64,000 nt of DNA. Source: Amoebophrya sp. A120. Lineage: Eukaryota; Protista; Dinoflagellata. Below, piece after piece: positions 45,599-59,600 of this stretch. The notes under the pieces are model-generated. The model did no database searches, was not told the origin of the DNA, and saw only the letters and a list, made by a program, of their open reading frames with translations. The stretch spans positions 7,671,747 through 7,735,746 of the forward strand of contig CAJINV010000002.1 of assembly GCA_905178155.1 (NCBI GenBank), given 5' to 3'. Position numbers and translations under genes: made by a program. Position 1 is the stretch's first letter; every line of letters starts with the position of its first letter.

Positions 45599-48500
45599 CT
45601 TGTGGAGGGTGTTGTTTGCAAAAGAGTGATACTAGGTGAAACAAACTTCTAACGAGAGAAGGCTTGAACAAATCTAAATCGGGAAGTTTCTACGAAATTC
45701 GTGTAGAAGTACCCGATACGACTTTGGCTGTGAGTAGAGATTTAGATTTTCGGCAATAATTGTGGAGTGGTTCGATTTAGAAAATTTAGAAAACTTCGGA
45801 GTTGAAAAGCGAGCTCGGCGGATCTGCCACAGTCTTTAAATTCCATCATCTGGAGGCTCCGCGTTTTCACTAGCGTTTCTGTCGAAGATCTTTCGGACCT
45901 AAAAAATGACGCTGGATCTCTGTAGAATTACTCTAATACCTCCAACGCGGAAATCAAGGTGATCCACAGTCAGCGAGCGTGCGTGTCTGGATGCTTGCTG
46001 CCCAAGACTGCACTCAACTCGCAAGAAAGGTGGCGGAGTCATTCCGTGAAAGCGAAAACGGGATCTAAATCTGGTCAAGATGATCCTCACGCAGGACCTC
46101 ATTGTATCTTTGGGACCAAGATGCGGATCTAAATCGTACCTGGTCAGAGAACGAGGATCTAAATATTCTGAGACTCAGACAATCTGCTGTCTTGGTCCCT
46201 CTCCCTGGAGAGTTGAACCGCCCCTAATATCTCTAATCTGTCGTGAGCAGTGATTAGATCTTTTTTTGGAAGAGGCGGTGGGCCATGCAAATTTTCGTCT
46301 CTGTTATTTTCATTCAGAAGGTCTCTCGCAGTTCTGAACAAGTCTTCTATCATGTGATCGTGCCTTCTACCCTAGTGGAACGCTTCGACAGCGTCCGCAT
46401 CATTCCATGCCCGATGCCGATCTAAATTTGAACACAACGTAGTACTCCCGCAGCGACAGCATCCTGGGGCACGTAGCTCTTCAACGTAAAGGTAAAAGCT
46501 TCTCGTAAATACAATTTTTCTTCCAAGTTCGAATTTTTTCAAGCTCAATTTTACAAAGTTTTATTTAGTTTAGCTTTTAGTAAGACGCATCACATCCTTC
46601 AATTTAAATTTTCGCTGGGTGCAGATTGCGAGGGAGCGTCAGTCTCAGTTCGCAAAGAAGCGTGAGGATGGCGCTTTTTAAACATTTTTGTTGCGTCAGA
46701 GCTCGAGGGTAAATCTAAATGTTCTCCTCGCTATCGCTATTGGTGGACATTATTTCGTACAATTGAAAGCTAAGTTACAGCAGCGCAATTTCTCTGCCGC
46801 TGTCGTCTGGACCGACCAGGTCACGTTTCTTGTCGCGGGACTGCGCAAAAGGTCTGCTTTCGCAAACACAGAGGATGGTTCTGGTGCGTTCCACTGTCAC
46901 ATTCATGTTCCTCTGCTATCTCTGGCATCCTGCTCCTCTGCTATCATCTTCCTCAGTCTACTGGTAATTGATTAAAATCTGCTAAGCATTGTATTGAAGC
47001 GGCGGATTACATTTAGATTATGGATTTAGATTGCGCATCAAATGGTGTTGCGTAGAAGAAAATCTTAAGTACATCCGAGTAGTGCTATCCATTGTACATT
47101 GGTTTTGAATTACTTCCTGTCCGTGTCCCCTCCTCAAAACTCGCCGCCCTTTGTCCCGCTTCCACTAGTACGAAAGTACAACTGCGGCCCCCGTAGGTTT
47201 AGTGTGTGGATCCTCTATCGTAGAGAAAAGTGTTCTTGCAAAGATTCGGGTTTTCGTTTTTGCTTGGCTCCGTCAAATTTGCCAATTTTTGATTTTTCAT
47301 CGAGAATGCAGCTCTTCTGTGCCCGGGCACTTTAATTATCATGATTGACACATCAATGGCACCCCAGTAGACACATCAAGATCTCGTGCCTCATTATCGT
47401 TTTGTTATCACTGTGCGCAATAACTCTTCGCAGACAAACCATCTGGCACCTTCACTTATTTCAAAACCGACCCTGTTGGCAAGGCCCTACTTTTCTATGA
47501 TATCTTCTGCACTATTCCCACTTGTTATCGTACGAAAAAAGTGTTTCACTGTAAGGAATTTGCATGCTTTGCATCACAGGTTTGCTCTACATCACAGAGA
47601 AAATTTGCCATGCAAGCTTCCTAAGGGGAAACACAGCTAAAAATTCACTTTCTTGTATGTGTAGCAAGACAAATACTTCTCAGATGCATTTTCGGCATTA
47701 CAAGTTTACAGTGAAACAGTTTTTTCTTGCGATACTTGTCGGTCCGTTCCGCCACGGAACTCGTTCGGGAACTTGTTCTGGCGCTCTCAACTGTTACACT
47801 CTCAGCTGTTACATGGTTTGTCATGCAAAATTCCAATCAGAATCGACACAATCAAGCTGCTTCGCATGACAGATTCCCGAGCGGTCAAATAGGCTGGAAA
47901 TCTGTGCCAAGTCTGTTATGCAAAAGGCGCAATCTTCCCCCTTGTTTTGTAGCTTTGCCATTCTTGCATCACAAATTTATGTAACAGTTCAGAATGTAAC
48001 GTTTGAGAATGCCATACTTGTGCGGGGTGAAGTGTGTCCCTGCCCAGCCGGCCGGATTGATCTGCAGCCCACGACCTGGTACATCGAAATCGTTGTTGTT
48101 TTTTCATGTTTCACCCACAAGCTCAACGTGAGTCACATCTACTCCATGCGTCATGTCATTGGTACACATAGCGGTGCTCGTGTCGAAGCGAATCAAACCT
48201 ACCTTGCTGCTGCAGGTCCTGCAATGTCCCCATAGTTCGCGTTCCGCCAGATTGGAAATAGTTCCTCTTCCCCTACTATACCGGTGCAAGGTCCGTACTT
48301 TCATCTCTAGTCATACTTTTCTTTGTAACAATCATCCTGTGCGTCATCTCACGCTCCTTGCACAATTTTCTCAATGCGCGGCTTGATATAGATATTCTTC
48401 AAACAATACAATCTGGGATCTTCCCTCTCATCTCGTGGTGACAAAACTCTCAACAAGCCACGCAAACAGGCCGGAGTAGATCCTGTAAGACGAAAAGTAC

Positions 48501-48819
48501 GAAACATTTCCGTGCCGTAAATCCTCGAAGTCCTTCCTTCCCGAGCGTGCCACTTTGTTCCGCAATTCCGGGTCTTCCTTCCTTGCACTAAGAGCTGCCG
48601 ACGTTGGCAGTTGGTCCTGTTTTCAGGTATTTTTGGCAAGGTTCGCACATAGCGGGCGCGTCGTGGAGACATCGTCAAGAAGAAAATGATCATGTTCGAC
48701 CCTGACGCTTCTACTCAACTGTTCTTGGTCGTGGATCCACCTGCAATGATCTTCTCCTGACACTGAAATAACATTTTGCCTGGCAATGTTACTCATACTC
48801 CTAATCCTAAATAACTCGC

Positions 48820-49250
48820 TCACTTAGTACTTCTGCTCGGTATGCCTCCGTCCTCGCTGACACACTTCTCGCGGAGTCCCACCCTATTGCTTCCTGCCTC
48901 CGGCCAAAGTCGTGATCGTATGTGGACATTCGGTCGCAGTTGCGGGCCTACAGGTTTATCAATCTTCACGTTTCATTTTGGGGCGAGAGGATGTTTGCAG
49001 CTGCATAAGATCATCCAGATGTAAATTCATTGCACTACATGGTCAACATAAGTACTTCTATCTTTCTTGCCTGGAAACAAATTAATTCTATCTAAACCTC
49101 CATCCGCATTACCTGTGATCTCAGGTGATTCTTGATCGCTGCGGTTCGTCTGAAGACGGTTTGCTCCGGAAACTTCTGGACGCTGTAGGGGTACACCATT
49201 TGCTGGACCTCTGGTCCCATTACATGGTCCCGCGACGAACGCGGAAATGC
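48820..49250 (-). CDS. Possible first exons of a small multi-exon gene (MAFPRSSRDHVMGPEVQQMVYPY...)
   Basis: Coding-like block ending CAG|GTAATG, and a candidate next exon GTAG|GCC CGC AAC... near 48947. Downstream structure not resolved. Confidence 0.3.
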
Positions 49251-50427
49251 CATTTTTTGTTTAAGACTGCTTGTGCGGGGTGCTCGTCGTAGTGGAATGA
49301 ATGGGTGCGGGAGAAGAGTCAAACCATGCGACAGCCTTTATAATTTTTCTCCTTTCGACTATCTAGTTTGTTCGGCTGGAGCCGGACGCAAGGGCTTCTG
49401 GAATAGCACGTCTGCTTCGTTGCCTTTTTTACTCTAGTAGTTTCTATGACAACGCAACCAACGAAATAGATGTTTCTCTGCGAAGCATGTTACTTTAGAG
49501 CAGCGACATTTACATCTCTCCAACAACGCGACAACTCGCTCGATGCAGAAAACGTCCAAATCGCTCGCTCGTACTCAAGTCAGACCCTCCACTCAAGCTT
49601 CCTCGATGAGACACCAACTACATCGAAGCAGCCTAAGATACACGAACAAGGAGCTCGATACGTCGTGAACGAGCACTTACGCAGTCTCCAATAGTTGCAA
49701 GTAGTTCACTAGAAATACGCGGCGACGAATTGCTTCCCCCGTCAAAGAACATGTTGATACGTAACTTTCACCGCCTAATGAACATCTTCACCGGTTTTTC
49801 ATACTCGCCGGGTTACAACTTTGTTGTGTCTTCGATAATACGGTAGCACGTAGCCATCGAATCGCATGAGTGAGGTGGTGCTGGTGGCATTTAAAATTGT
49901 TGAATCCCAGACAAGACGAGCTTCTTGTCTCAAATTTTGGAAACCGAAACGAGTTTTGCGTTTTTTCGCTGTCCGCACAGAAAGTACGTGCTGTAGGTGC
50001 TGGCATTTCATCTTCTTCTTCATTTGTCGTTGTCCGCATTACAATTATATTCTACAGTTTTTTCAACAAACGCTCGTGCATCTTTGCGCAGCGGCCAAAG
50101 ATGCGCTTCGTCCTGTCCGATTCTCTTTCTCGATCTTGGATCTGATCATTCTGTGCCAGCCGCGCCTCTTCATCACGAATCGCGTTCCTGACGAGGTTGC
50201 GACTTAGGCGGTTCTGGGCGGTGCTGGTCGGGTAATGCCAGTGCCATTGAGGAAAAGGGGTAGAGGTAAATGGGTAAAAATTCTGGAAGAAGTGAGGTTG
50301 TGCGGGGAGACATCCACGGGGTCGAAACATTGCCGGCGTGCCGAACGGCTGCTAGCTAACTGGCTGATGGGAAGGGTGCAGGAGGTAGTCGGGTGGCGCA
50401 TCTGCGATGTGGTTCTTTGTTCGTCTT

Positions 50428-52381
50428 TTACGCCGCCGCTGCTTGTTCACCTCCTTCCGCACCGGGAGCGGTGCTTTCGTCCGCCGGTGCCGCTGGCTGC
50501 TCCTCGCCCTCGGCTGGCGCGCCCTCGCCCTCGCCGGCCTGCGCTTGCTCGCCCTCCGCGCCCTCGGCTGGAGCGCCACCCTCTGCTTGCTCCTCCTGTT
50601 TGTTTTGCAGTATTTGTATTTCTATTTTCGAATATGTAGGACTGTGATCATCTCAAACTATATTCGATGCAAACCCAGCAGAGCACGAAATCAAACTACA
50701 GAAGCGTCTACTCGCTTGAATTCTGGAAGTGGGTACAGGACAAAAGAAGACAATTTATGTGCGTGCGATCCTACTTCTCTACCTCATCCATCCCCATCTG
50801 ATCCAGTTTCTTCCTCGGCTTCTTGGCAGCTTCCAGCTTTCGTTTTTCCCGCTCCTTGGCCTCCTCCCGCATTTGCCGTCGCCGCTCTATCATCAGTTTC
50901 TCCTGGTTCAGTAACACCATCTCGGCCTCTTTCTGAACGGCGCTCAGCTGCGCCATTTCGGTAGTGTACAGCGAGTTATCTGTTTTTTTTAATTTCTTTT
51001 TTTCGTTTTCTAGAAAAAGAAATCACATAAACAGATACAAGGTTTTATACTTGAACTTGTAGGAGTCCCATCAATTAATTTGTTGATCTTGATAATGTTT
51101 ATCGCTACTGCGGGAAATAATTTTGATTTAGTTGCCAGAAGATCGGTCCGAATCACCTCTTATTTGCGGACAAGATGCGCGTCCCTATGTCCACAACTAC
51201 TTCTACTGCCTGCTCACAATGACAATTCATTTGTTTGTGCAACTCCCATTAGTTGTTTACCTCGATTGGTTGGACTTGGTGGCACGGTTGTTTTCGCTAG
51301 GTAGCCGAATATTTCCCGACTCTCCATATGGGCGCCGGTCAGCTCCACGGTACACTCATTCACGAGCTTCTCGCCGCCAAAGGACAACCGAAGGTCCAGA
51401 ACCTGTTAGTTTTCATCGATCATGGCGTAAGCACCGCCTTCGTCAGGAGGTTTTTGTTCGCGGATTCAGTGCTTCCGTCACCCCCCAGCCATAGATACAA
51501 GAGCTGAAAATCTATGAAGCACGTGGAGACGAAAGAAAAACAAGCGGGACAAATCTGAGGACTCTCAAAATTGCAAGTATACAACGCATGCATTTTTTAC
51601 AACTCAGTACCTCAGGCCTCTGGTAAACCGGCGGGATAAGTGCCGGCGTGGGTGGAACCGGCGCGAAACATGCGGTCTTCTCCTGCGCAACCTCCAGCGC
51701 ATTCTTCCTTTCTTTTTGCGCGCCCTTCATCGGTGCACTGCGATTCAGGTGCTTCTCCATGATCGCGAAGGTACGATTGCGAAGGGTGCGTCGCCCGGCC
51801 TAAATTTCAATTTCAATGAGAGTGAATAACTTATTGCTTGTAAGACTAAGAGGGCAAAGAAGCGGCTCTTATCGTAGCAAAAATACTTTCATCATTGCTT
51901 TTGAACAAATTTTTCACGCTGTTCTTGTTGTAGAGCATTCCATGTCCGATACCTTTTTCAGGCTCCGGTTGGCAAGTTCTCGGTTGCCCAACACCGTGCG
52001 CAGATCCTGGGCGGATTGCACATTCAAGACGAAGCGGAACTTGTCAAGCACCCGACAGAAGGCCGTCTCGCTCCAGCTAACCTCCACGGAGGTGGCGAAG
52101 TAAGTCATCCGCAGCACATCGTCCTCCACGGTGCGCAGGAATTTGTAGGAATTCTGAATGTTCAGCTCCGACAGTGTGCGTGGGGAGTTGGAGTGATCGG
52201 GGTCGTCCATATCGAGCTCTGTGTCCGGCCGGGCACTGCGAGCGGGCGAAGTATTCGCAGTAGCCTTTTGTTGCTCCATCACAGGGGATGGCCCCGGCAT
52301 CGCTTCCCCCGCGGAGGTCGCGCCGGGCTGCATAGGAACAGCGGCACCGTCAGCACCTGGAGCAGCGGCTGCTGGAGCCAT
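50428..52381 (-). CDS. Multi-exon hypothetical protein with a coiled coil and an acidic Ala/Gly/Glu tail
   Basis: Exon 52381-51953 ends AAG|GTATC; the next exon starts TTTAG|GCC at 51799; coiled-coil exon ~50970-50780 ends GAG|GTAG; the last exon reads EEQAEGGAPAEGAEGEQ...QAAAA*. Middle exons are uncertain. Confidence 0.6.
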
Positions 52382-53614
52382 AGTTATTTAGTACTTAAAA
52401 CAGGGGAGATGTATGATCCTCGTCGAGGTTGCAGTTTTACTTTTAGTGTAGGTTTCTTTTTCCTTCATAAGGTGGGCACGATGAGTAGAGTGAGTAATTC
52501 GCTGCCTCGTGCCCCCGTAGCCCACTGCTGGTCCGCTAGTAGAAGAAGTTATTTCAATAGGACGGCGGCAAAATTTACAATATTGGATTCTCTAGCAGAA
52601 GCGGAAGCCGAAGCGTTTGCATATCATACTCTTTTCGAAAACACTCTAGCACATGACTCTCTTGGAGGAAACGACTGGGGCGAGAAAGGAGGAGGTCGTG
52701 TGTTGAGAATCGTGCATCATCGAAGCCGGGCTGTGCCTGTAGTTGTCGCAACCAATCGAGACAGGGTCATCTTTTCGCTCCATCTGGAAGGAGAACGACG
52801 AAGAGACGATGGAAAAACTTTACATGAATCATGCGAATGCCGTACTTATTTGTATCGAAACCGAAGTCGATTTTCACTATGCAAGGCACGGGAAGCCGCA
52901 CAGCACCCGAGATGGCTCGTCGTGCACCGAGGTGCTCAATTCAATTTCGGACTTGTTCACTACCATTCACAATACCGATACGAGGTTGAGTAGGCACGCA
53001 GAAGCGACCACTCTGCCTCGTCTTCAGGTTCAGGACGACTGCTTGCATCAGCTGCTCAGCTAGATGGCGGACCGAAAACACAAGAACGCCTTTACTATAG
53101 TGGTCTTGGCGTCTGTTGACACTTTTTATCTCCAAAACCGATTGTTTTTGACCTTATTGTCGCGCCGCACGACTGCATATCCTTTTTTTATCTACGACAC
53201 CGCCACGACAGATGCCAACGCCGATTGTTTCGCTTGACATGCCAACACGACTTACTACTAGGGAGAACAGACTTGCTTTTTTTTGCGAGCTTGCACCGCT
53301 GCGCTGCATTGTGTGGCGACAAGGTGGACATCTCAGGGAATATGTTCGCCTTCGGCGGAAAGTAAAAGTATTCTATTACTTAATATGTTCAGCAGAAAAT
53401 TCTATGAGCGATAGTTACGGGGGGATGAAAATTACTTTGCATGGTCAACATGCAAGACGGGGCTGGGGTTTGAGATGTTACTCAAAGATATGTATGAGCT
53501 AAAGCCAGCCAAAAAAAATTCGATCGGTTCGCATTGGTAGTGTATGAGAGGGGTAATAGTAGGTACTTACTTTATTTCTTTACGTCTCACATTGATTATT
53601 CTACTGCTTGTGTA

Positions 53615-56600
53615 TTACTCCGCGAATGGTCCTTGCTCCTGGCTCGGTTTCGCTATTCGCGCCGACAGGTTAGAAGCGAGTTGCTGCAGTATCGGAGGGG
53701 GCGTTTCTAAGCCTCCTTCTCCGATCTTCTCTTGCGGCGCCCCTTCCTCGGAGGTGGCACCTTCTTCTAGCAGTCCCAGCTGTTTGGCTGTTTCTATCTC
53801 CCCAGCCGTCAGTTGCAGTGCGTCGACCCCCGGGGCAGGTTCTTCTGCCGCTCCACTTCCGGCGCCTTTGAGCCTCAAAAGTTTTGCAGCGACGCTCGCC
53901 GCCATCGCTTGCGGAAAACCGACGCGGAGCAGGTCGCTCTCCAGCGTGTCCGCGATTTCCAGTGTGTACTCCACGTCGATGGTAGGCGTTTGCAGGTTCA
54001 ATGGCGCGGCGCCGGGCGTAGTACCTCCGCCCAACAACTCCACCACTTCTGGTTCTTCAAGAACCAGAAGTGGTTTGATGAGGCCCAAGACTTGGGCCTC
54101 ATCAAACTCGCCTTCCACCTCCGTCGTCTCCTCGCCGGAAAGCTGCGGCTCGGAGGAAGACTTTTCCGCGTCCTTGTCCTCGTCAGGGGAATCTCGAGGA
54201 CCCCTGAGTCCGGCCCGGTCCTTTGTCGCCCCAGATGAATCATCAACACCAACAAAAACGGCTTGATCCGCCTCTTCTTCAGTCGCCGTGACGTCTGCGC
54301 CGCCGCAGAGACACGGACAACAGCGACCCAGCCACGAAGATAACTGGTTTCTATTTCTTTTCCCCGCCAGTTTCCGTTTCAGCTCGTGCAGGGAACTCCG
54401 CTTCATCAGCTCCACCTGCGAGGCCCGACCCATTCCCTGCTCGTCCGCTAACTTTGCCGCGAGTGATGCTTTCTGCTGGCTCTTCCTCGCGTTGCGCAGC
54501 CGCTCATACCGGTCCTCCGGGCTCTCCTCGTCCAGTTTTTCTTCAATCTTTTCTCGCAGATCAGCCAGCAAGTTTTTGCCCCCCGTGCTGCTCGTCGGAG
54601 AGGGAGAGGTCAAGTTATCTCCCTGGCGCGGTGCATCACTTTCATCGCCTACGTCTTGTTTTTTCAGAAACTCTTCGATTTGTCGTTTCTCCTCCTCCGT
54701 GGTGGCCAGGCTCTGCAGCTGGGCTTTTTTCCTTTCGGTGATTTTTGCGTTGGCAGCTGCAGCTTCTCCGTCGCGGTCCCTTGAAGATGATGTCCTAGAA
54801 GTACTCGACCGCGGCCCCCCTGTGAGAAGTTCATCTTCTTCACTGTCTTCCTCGTCCTCCTTGTCGGCGTCCTTAGCCACCGCTTTGGCCACCCTTTTGG
54901 CGAGGGCTGGCGCAAAGCCCTGAATGACCAGGATTTGCTCCGCGTTCCCGAGTTCCACTTCGAGGGGTTTCACCGCGGTGGAAAGGTCCAAAGAGACCTG
55001 TGCTTTCATGGCCACGTGCCTTTTGGCGAACCCCGCAACCACCACAGCGGCCTCGGTCGGGGCGCGAACGTCGAGCACCTGTCCTCCCGTGGCCTCCACG
55101 CCAAGCATCGTGGACAGTAGGGCCAGGTCGTTCTCGCCGAAGCCATCGTAATTGCGCAACTCCGCGTCGGCAGGCGATGTCGATGGACGAGCACCCGTGA
55201 AAGTTTCTGTACTTTGAATCGTTTTATTTCCATGTTCCACTGCAGTCTTCGCCAGTTTCTGGGAGGCCGCCTTCGAAAATCCCTGTGCGACAAACGCCTC
55301 CTCGGCGTTCCCCAAGTCCAGCGGTGGTGGAACTGAGTCTTGCATATCCGTCGTTTCCACGAGCAACTCCCCTGTTTCCTCATTCACGCCGTACTTCTGC
55401 TCCAGCTTCTGGTGCAGAAAGCACCGCAAATTGCCGACGGTCTCGGTCTCGCCAAACAACCCCATTTGCTTCAGGAGTTGCAGGTCCGCGCTCGCCACGT
55501 CCGTGCCGGCCGTCAGGTCGGCGTCCTTGTGCATCCCCGCGTCCGCGCAGTGTTTGGCCAGCTTGCCCGCGAGCGCGGCACTCATGCCGGTGGTCAGCAG
55601 TGCGTTCTCGGCCGTGTTTTCCGGAAGGGTTCGCGCGGCGAAGTTTCGTTCCCGATGGCCCCCGCGGACCTGCTCGCGGACCCAGGACATAGCGTCCGCA
55701 ACCGTGGTCGTGTCCTTGTCGAATCCGAGCGTGGACAGGAGCTTCACGGTCTGCTCCTGCTCCGCCGCATTTTCTACTTCCTCCTCGCCGGGAGCGCCGC
55801 CGTCTTTTCCTGCGGGGTCGCCTTGAGTTGTAGATGTGGAGGTTTCATTCCTTGTCGGCGACGTCGCCCTCGCCCCACCCGCAGTAAACTCTTGCATGAT
55901 CAGTGCGTTCTTCAGCGCCTTTGCCAACAGGCTTCCCTCGCTCTGGTCCGCATTCACGATCGTCTTCGCGAGTTTCTGGGCGGCTTTCCGGGAAATGCCC
56001 GCGTTCACGAAGGCTGCGACGGTGTCGTCCAGCTCCAGCGGCTTCTTATGTCGCTTAGATTTTTTATCAGCCGCAGTTGATGATCCGCCGGTCTCCTCCT
56101 CGTCTTCAACTTTGGGAATTTTCGGCTTTGTCTTATTCGCCCGCAGTTTCGCCATGCGGTTCAGCCACAATCGCAGCTGGTCGGCCGAGCCGCCGCCGGA
56201 CTTCTGCAGTAGTACCGACGAGCTGTTGTCCTTCTGCTTCTTTGTTTCGGTAGTTCGTTCCCCCTGCACTGGTTGTTTGCGTGTTGTCTGCCAGAACCCG
56301 TACGACTCCAGAGCTCTCCGGTCGGCAGTTTCCCTCGGCGGCAGGATTCGTGCTACGTCCGGGTCTTGCAGCTTCCGCGCGAGCCGTTTGGCATAAGTGT
56401 CCGACAGCCCGACTTTGTCCACCAGCAAGGCCTCTACTTCCTTTTTGCTGGGCAGCAGGACCACCTTCGGCAGGGGGGGAATGTGCTGCCTCGGCACGGC
56501 GGGCTCCGGTACTGCTGGAGCGCGGCCGGCCCCGGGAAATAATTGGGACGCGGCCTCGGCCGCGGAGGCACGGGGGGCCACCGGGACACCCGGAGGTGGA

Positions 56601-59600
56601 GCACCCATGATGTGCTCGCCCCTCTTGTGCTTTTTCTTCAACTGCACCAGGTTCTGCCGCATGGTCGCCACCCGCTCTGTGGGCCCAAACCCGAACTGCA
56701 GCAAAGCCTCTTTTTCCAGTTCGGGCAACTGGTCGAATTCTTTTTCGCTCGTTATGTTTTCGGACCCCCTCGTGTCGGCGTCTGCCAGCTTTCGGGCCAG
56801 CTTCTTCGCATACTTTGCACTGATGCCCGCTTTCCGCAACAGTCGCTCCGCATCCGTCCGCTCCACCCCGGTGAGCATCTGCGCCTCGGCTTTGAGGGAG
56901 ACTTCCGCTTTCTTTCTTGTTGGTGTTGCGGTTTTCTTTTTCACTCCTGCGCTTTGTTTCGCTTTCGCTTTTTCTACCTTGCCTTTGCTCTTCTTTAAGC
57001 TGCTGTTGTTTAGCGTTTGCGTGTCGAGTTTCGTGGGGTTCAGCAGATGCTGCCTATCTAGTCCTCCCTTGACGTCCAACCTGGCAGTTGCTAAGCCTTC
57101 GCGTGCGGTTGCCACACCATCGATTGTTCTTTCTCTACTCAGGTCGGTGTGCGCTACCTCGAGGTCGGGTGTTGGAGCTGCAGCTCCAGCGACTGCTTCG
57201 CGTTTCGGTTTCGCCTTCGGCCTCTTCGGCGACAGTTTTTTGCCTTTCTTCTGCGACGTCTGCGGCCCGCGCTCTGGACTGCTACTCAGGGAGCCCTCGC
57301 TGGCCTCCTCGGGGGGCGGTATATGGCTCGTATCGATGTGATCACTTTCGTGGCCTAGTGGCCGCGGGACTGTAAGTTCTAGGGGCATTTTTGTACTAGG
57401 AGTTTCGCCCATCTTGTTGCGCTTGCGAGCCGGTCCTCCGCGTCCTCGCTTTTTCTTCGCGACGTCCTTCCGCGGTCTCAGGTGCTTGGGCCGGGGAGTG
57501 CCACGGATGCGCTCCGTGGACATCGCACTTTCCCCAGAAGTTGTCCCCGCGGACGTCTCCGAAATTTCTAAATCTGTGTCGGAATTCGTTGCTCCCGCTG
57601 TGGTTTGGTCCTCGGAAAATAACCCCCCCGGTGCTGTAGTAGTCGCTGCGACGTTCTCTGTTAACACCTGTTCATCGTGGTCCTTCTTCTCATAGCTGCG
57701 GCCGCCTTGCCTCTCGTTGTAAAGCCGTTGCTCTTGTCCTCGCTGTCGTTGCGCAGCATCTACTCCTGGTCTTCTCGCTCCTACACCGGTTTCACCGCTG
57801 TCATCTCCCCTGGCGAAACAGGACATGACCGCCCAGACCACGCAACAAAGCAGGGCGAGGACTACAATGGGAACGACAATTAGAGCCAGCTGGCAATCTC
57901 CCACGACGGTTTTATGCGCGAGGTGGCCTTGCACCGGCGTCGGCGCCTTGTTCCTGCCATCTCGTTCTTGCTGATGCCACGCCTGGGGTGCGTTCCCAAC
58001 GCCAGCGCCACCGGCGGTTAAAATTTCGCACCTCTCCTCCTGCCCGAGAATATTGTCCGAAGATCTTCCGGATAGCTCTTGAATGTTCCGGTCGTTCTCG
58101 AACAGGTCAGTGGCATTGCTCGGTCGGACGTCAATTGACGTTGTCGCACCACGACCAGAGGTCAACCTTCCGCGACCTTCTCTGTTGTTTGCCAGCAACA
58201 GCTCCGTACGGTTCGGAAAAGCAAACATGTACGGCCCACTCTCCTTGGCCGCCCGCGGCTGGAAGTTGTTTCGGGGGAAAGTGGTCCCCGCCATCCCGAA
58301 AGCAGCTGCCCGGTCGATTCCGAGAATCGCGAACGGGTTCCGCACGCGGTCCACGGCGCAACGCTCCTGGCGAAATCGGTAGGCCGGGCAGCTGTTGAGA
58401 TCTCCCTGTACCGCGGCTTCCCGGGCCCCGATTTCGGGCTTCAGAAACGGCAGACAGCGGAGCTTTTCCTCGAAAGACTCGCGCAAAACCAGCGCCGCGT
58501 CCAGACAGAAGGTGGCGTAGTGGCGCAGCTGCCGAAATTCCGCCTCCGTTTCCGCGTAGGGGCCCGTGGAGAACAGCTTCAGGCAGGCGGAGAGCCGCTG
58601 AAGGCCGGTGAAGGGGTCGCGAAACCGGACCCACTTGATGGGATTTTGGGCGCGTTTTTCCTGCAACATCAGCTTGCGCTCCTCGTTCTTCCAGTACCCT
58701 TGGACGGTGGCAGCCATGTCGGACGTGGCCGCGTCGTCCCCCATATAGTCGAGCAAGACCGGCTGTCCGCCGTGCGTCTCGGCCAGCCGCTTGAAGAAGC
58801 GCCAGCTGGCGATCTTGTTCTCGTTCTGCGCCGTGGGGCGCCAGATGATGTAGGTGGACAGTTTGATGCCCCACTCCACGGGGAACAGGGTTTCGAACTT
58901 CTGGTCCAGGCCATCCTCGAACTCCGCGCCGTCCTCCGCGTCCGTGATGAGCATCACCATGGCGCCGCAAAAGTCCGCGTCTTGGACACACTGCTCCCTC
59001 GGGGGAGGAAACGAGTTCGCCAGGAACGGGAAGTCCTCCCGGGCGGGGGCCGGGAACGTGCCGAACCCGGCGTACATGAGCGCCAGGAGGACCGCGCCGG
59101 CGGCGTCCGTGCTTTCATCCGGGTCCGGGAGGTCGTCCAGCCACCGTTGCGCGGCTCTCACGTTTGGCTCGGTGGCGACGACCAGCTGCAGCGACGTCAG
59201 CTGCTGCATGGTGCCCCACAGAAAGATGGCGAACCGATCGTACGTGGTCAAGGTGTCCAGGGCCTGGGCCACCGCCTGCTTCACGGCGGCCCACCGCTTG
59301 TGCTCCGTCATAGACCCGGAGAAGTCGATGGCAAACACGATGTTCTTGGTCACGCGTTTCTCCGTGGCTTCGTACCACGGGGCGGTCCGTGCGTCGAAGT
59401 TCTTCTTGTTGTTGCCCAGGGATACGAAGGTGGTTGCGCTGGAGGTGGAGCTTCTACTCGTACTCCGGAAAGTGCTCAAATCTTTCCCGCCCGAAGACCC
59501 TCCTCTACGAGAGAGTTGATGCAGTTCGTGATCGTGCGCAAGCTCCAGCACACTGCTTTTGTCTATTTCATGCTCTTCTCTTGTCGTGTCGCTGGAGAAA

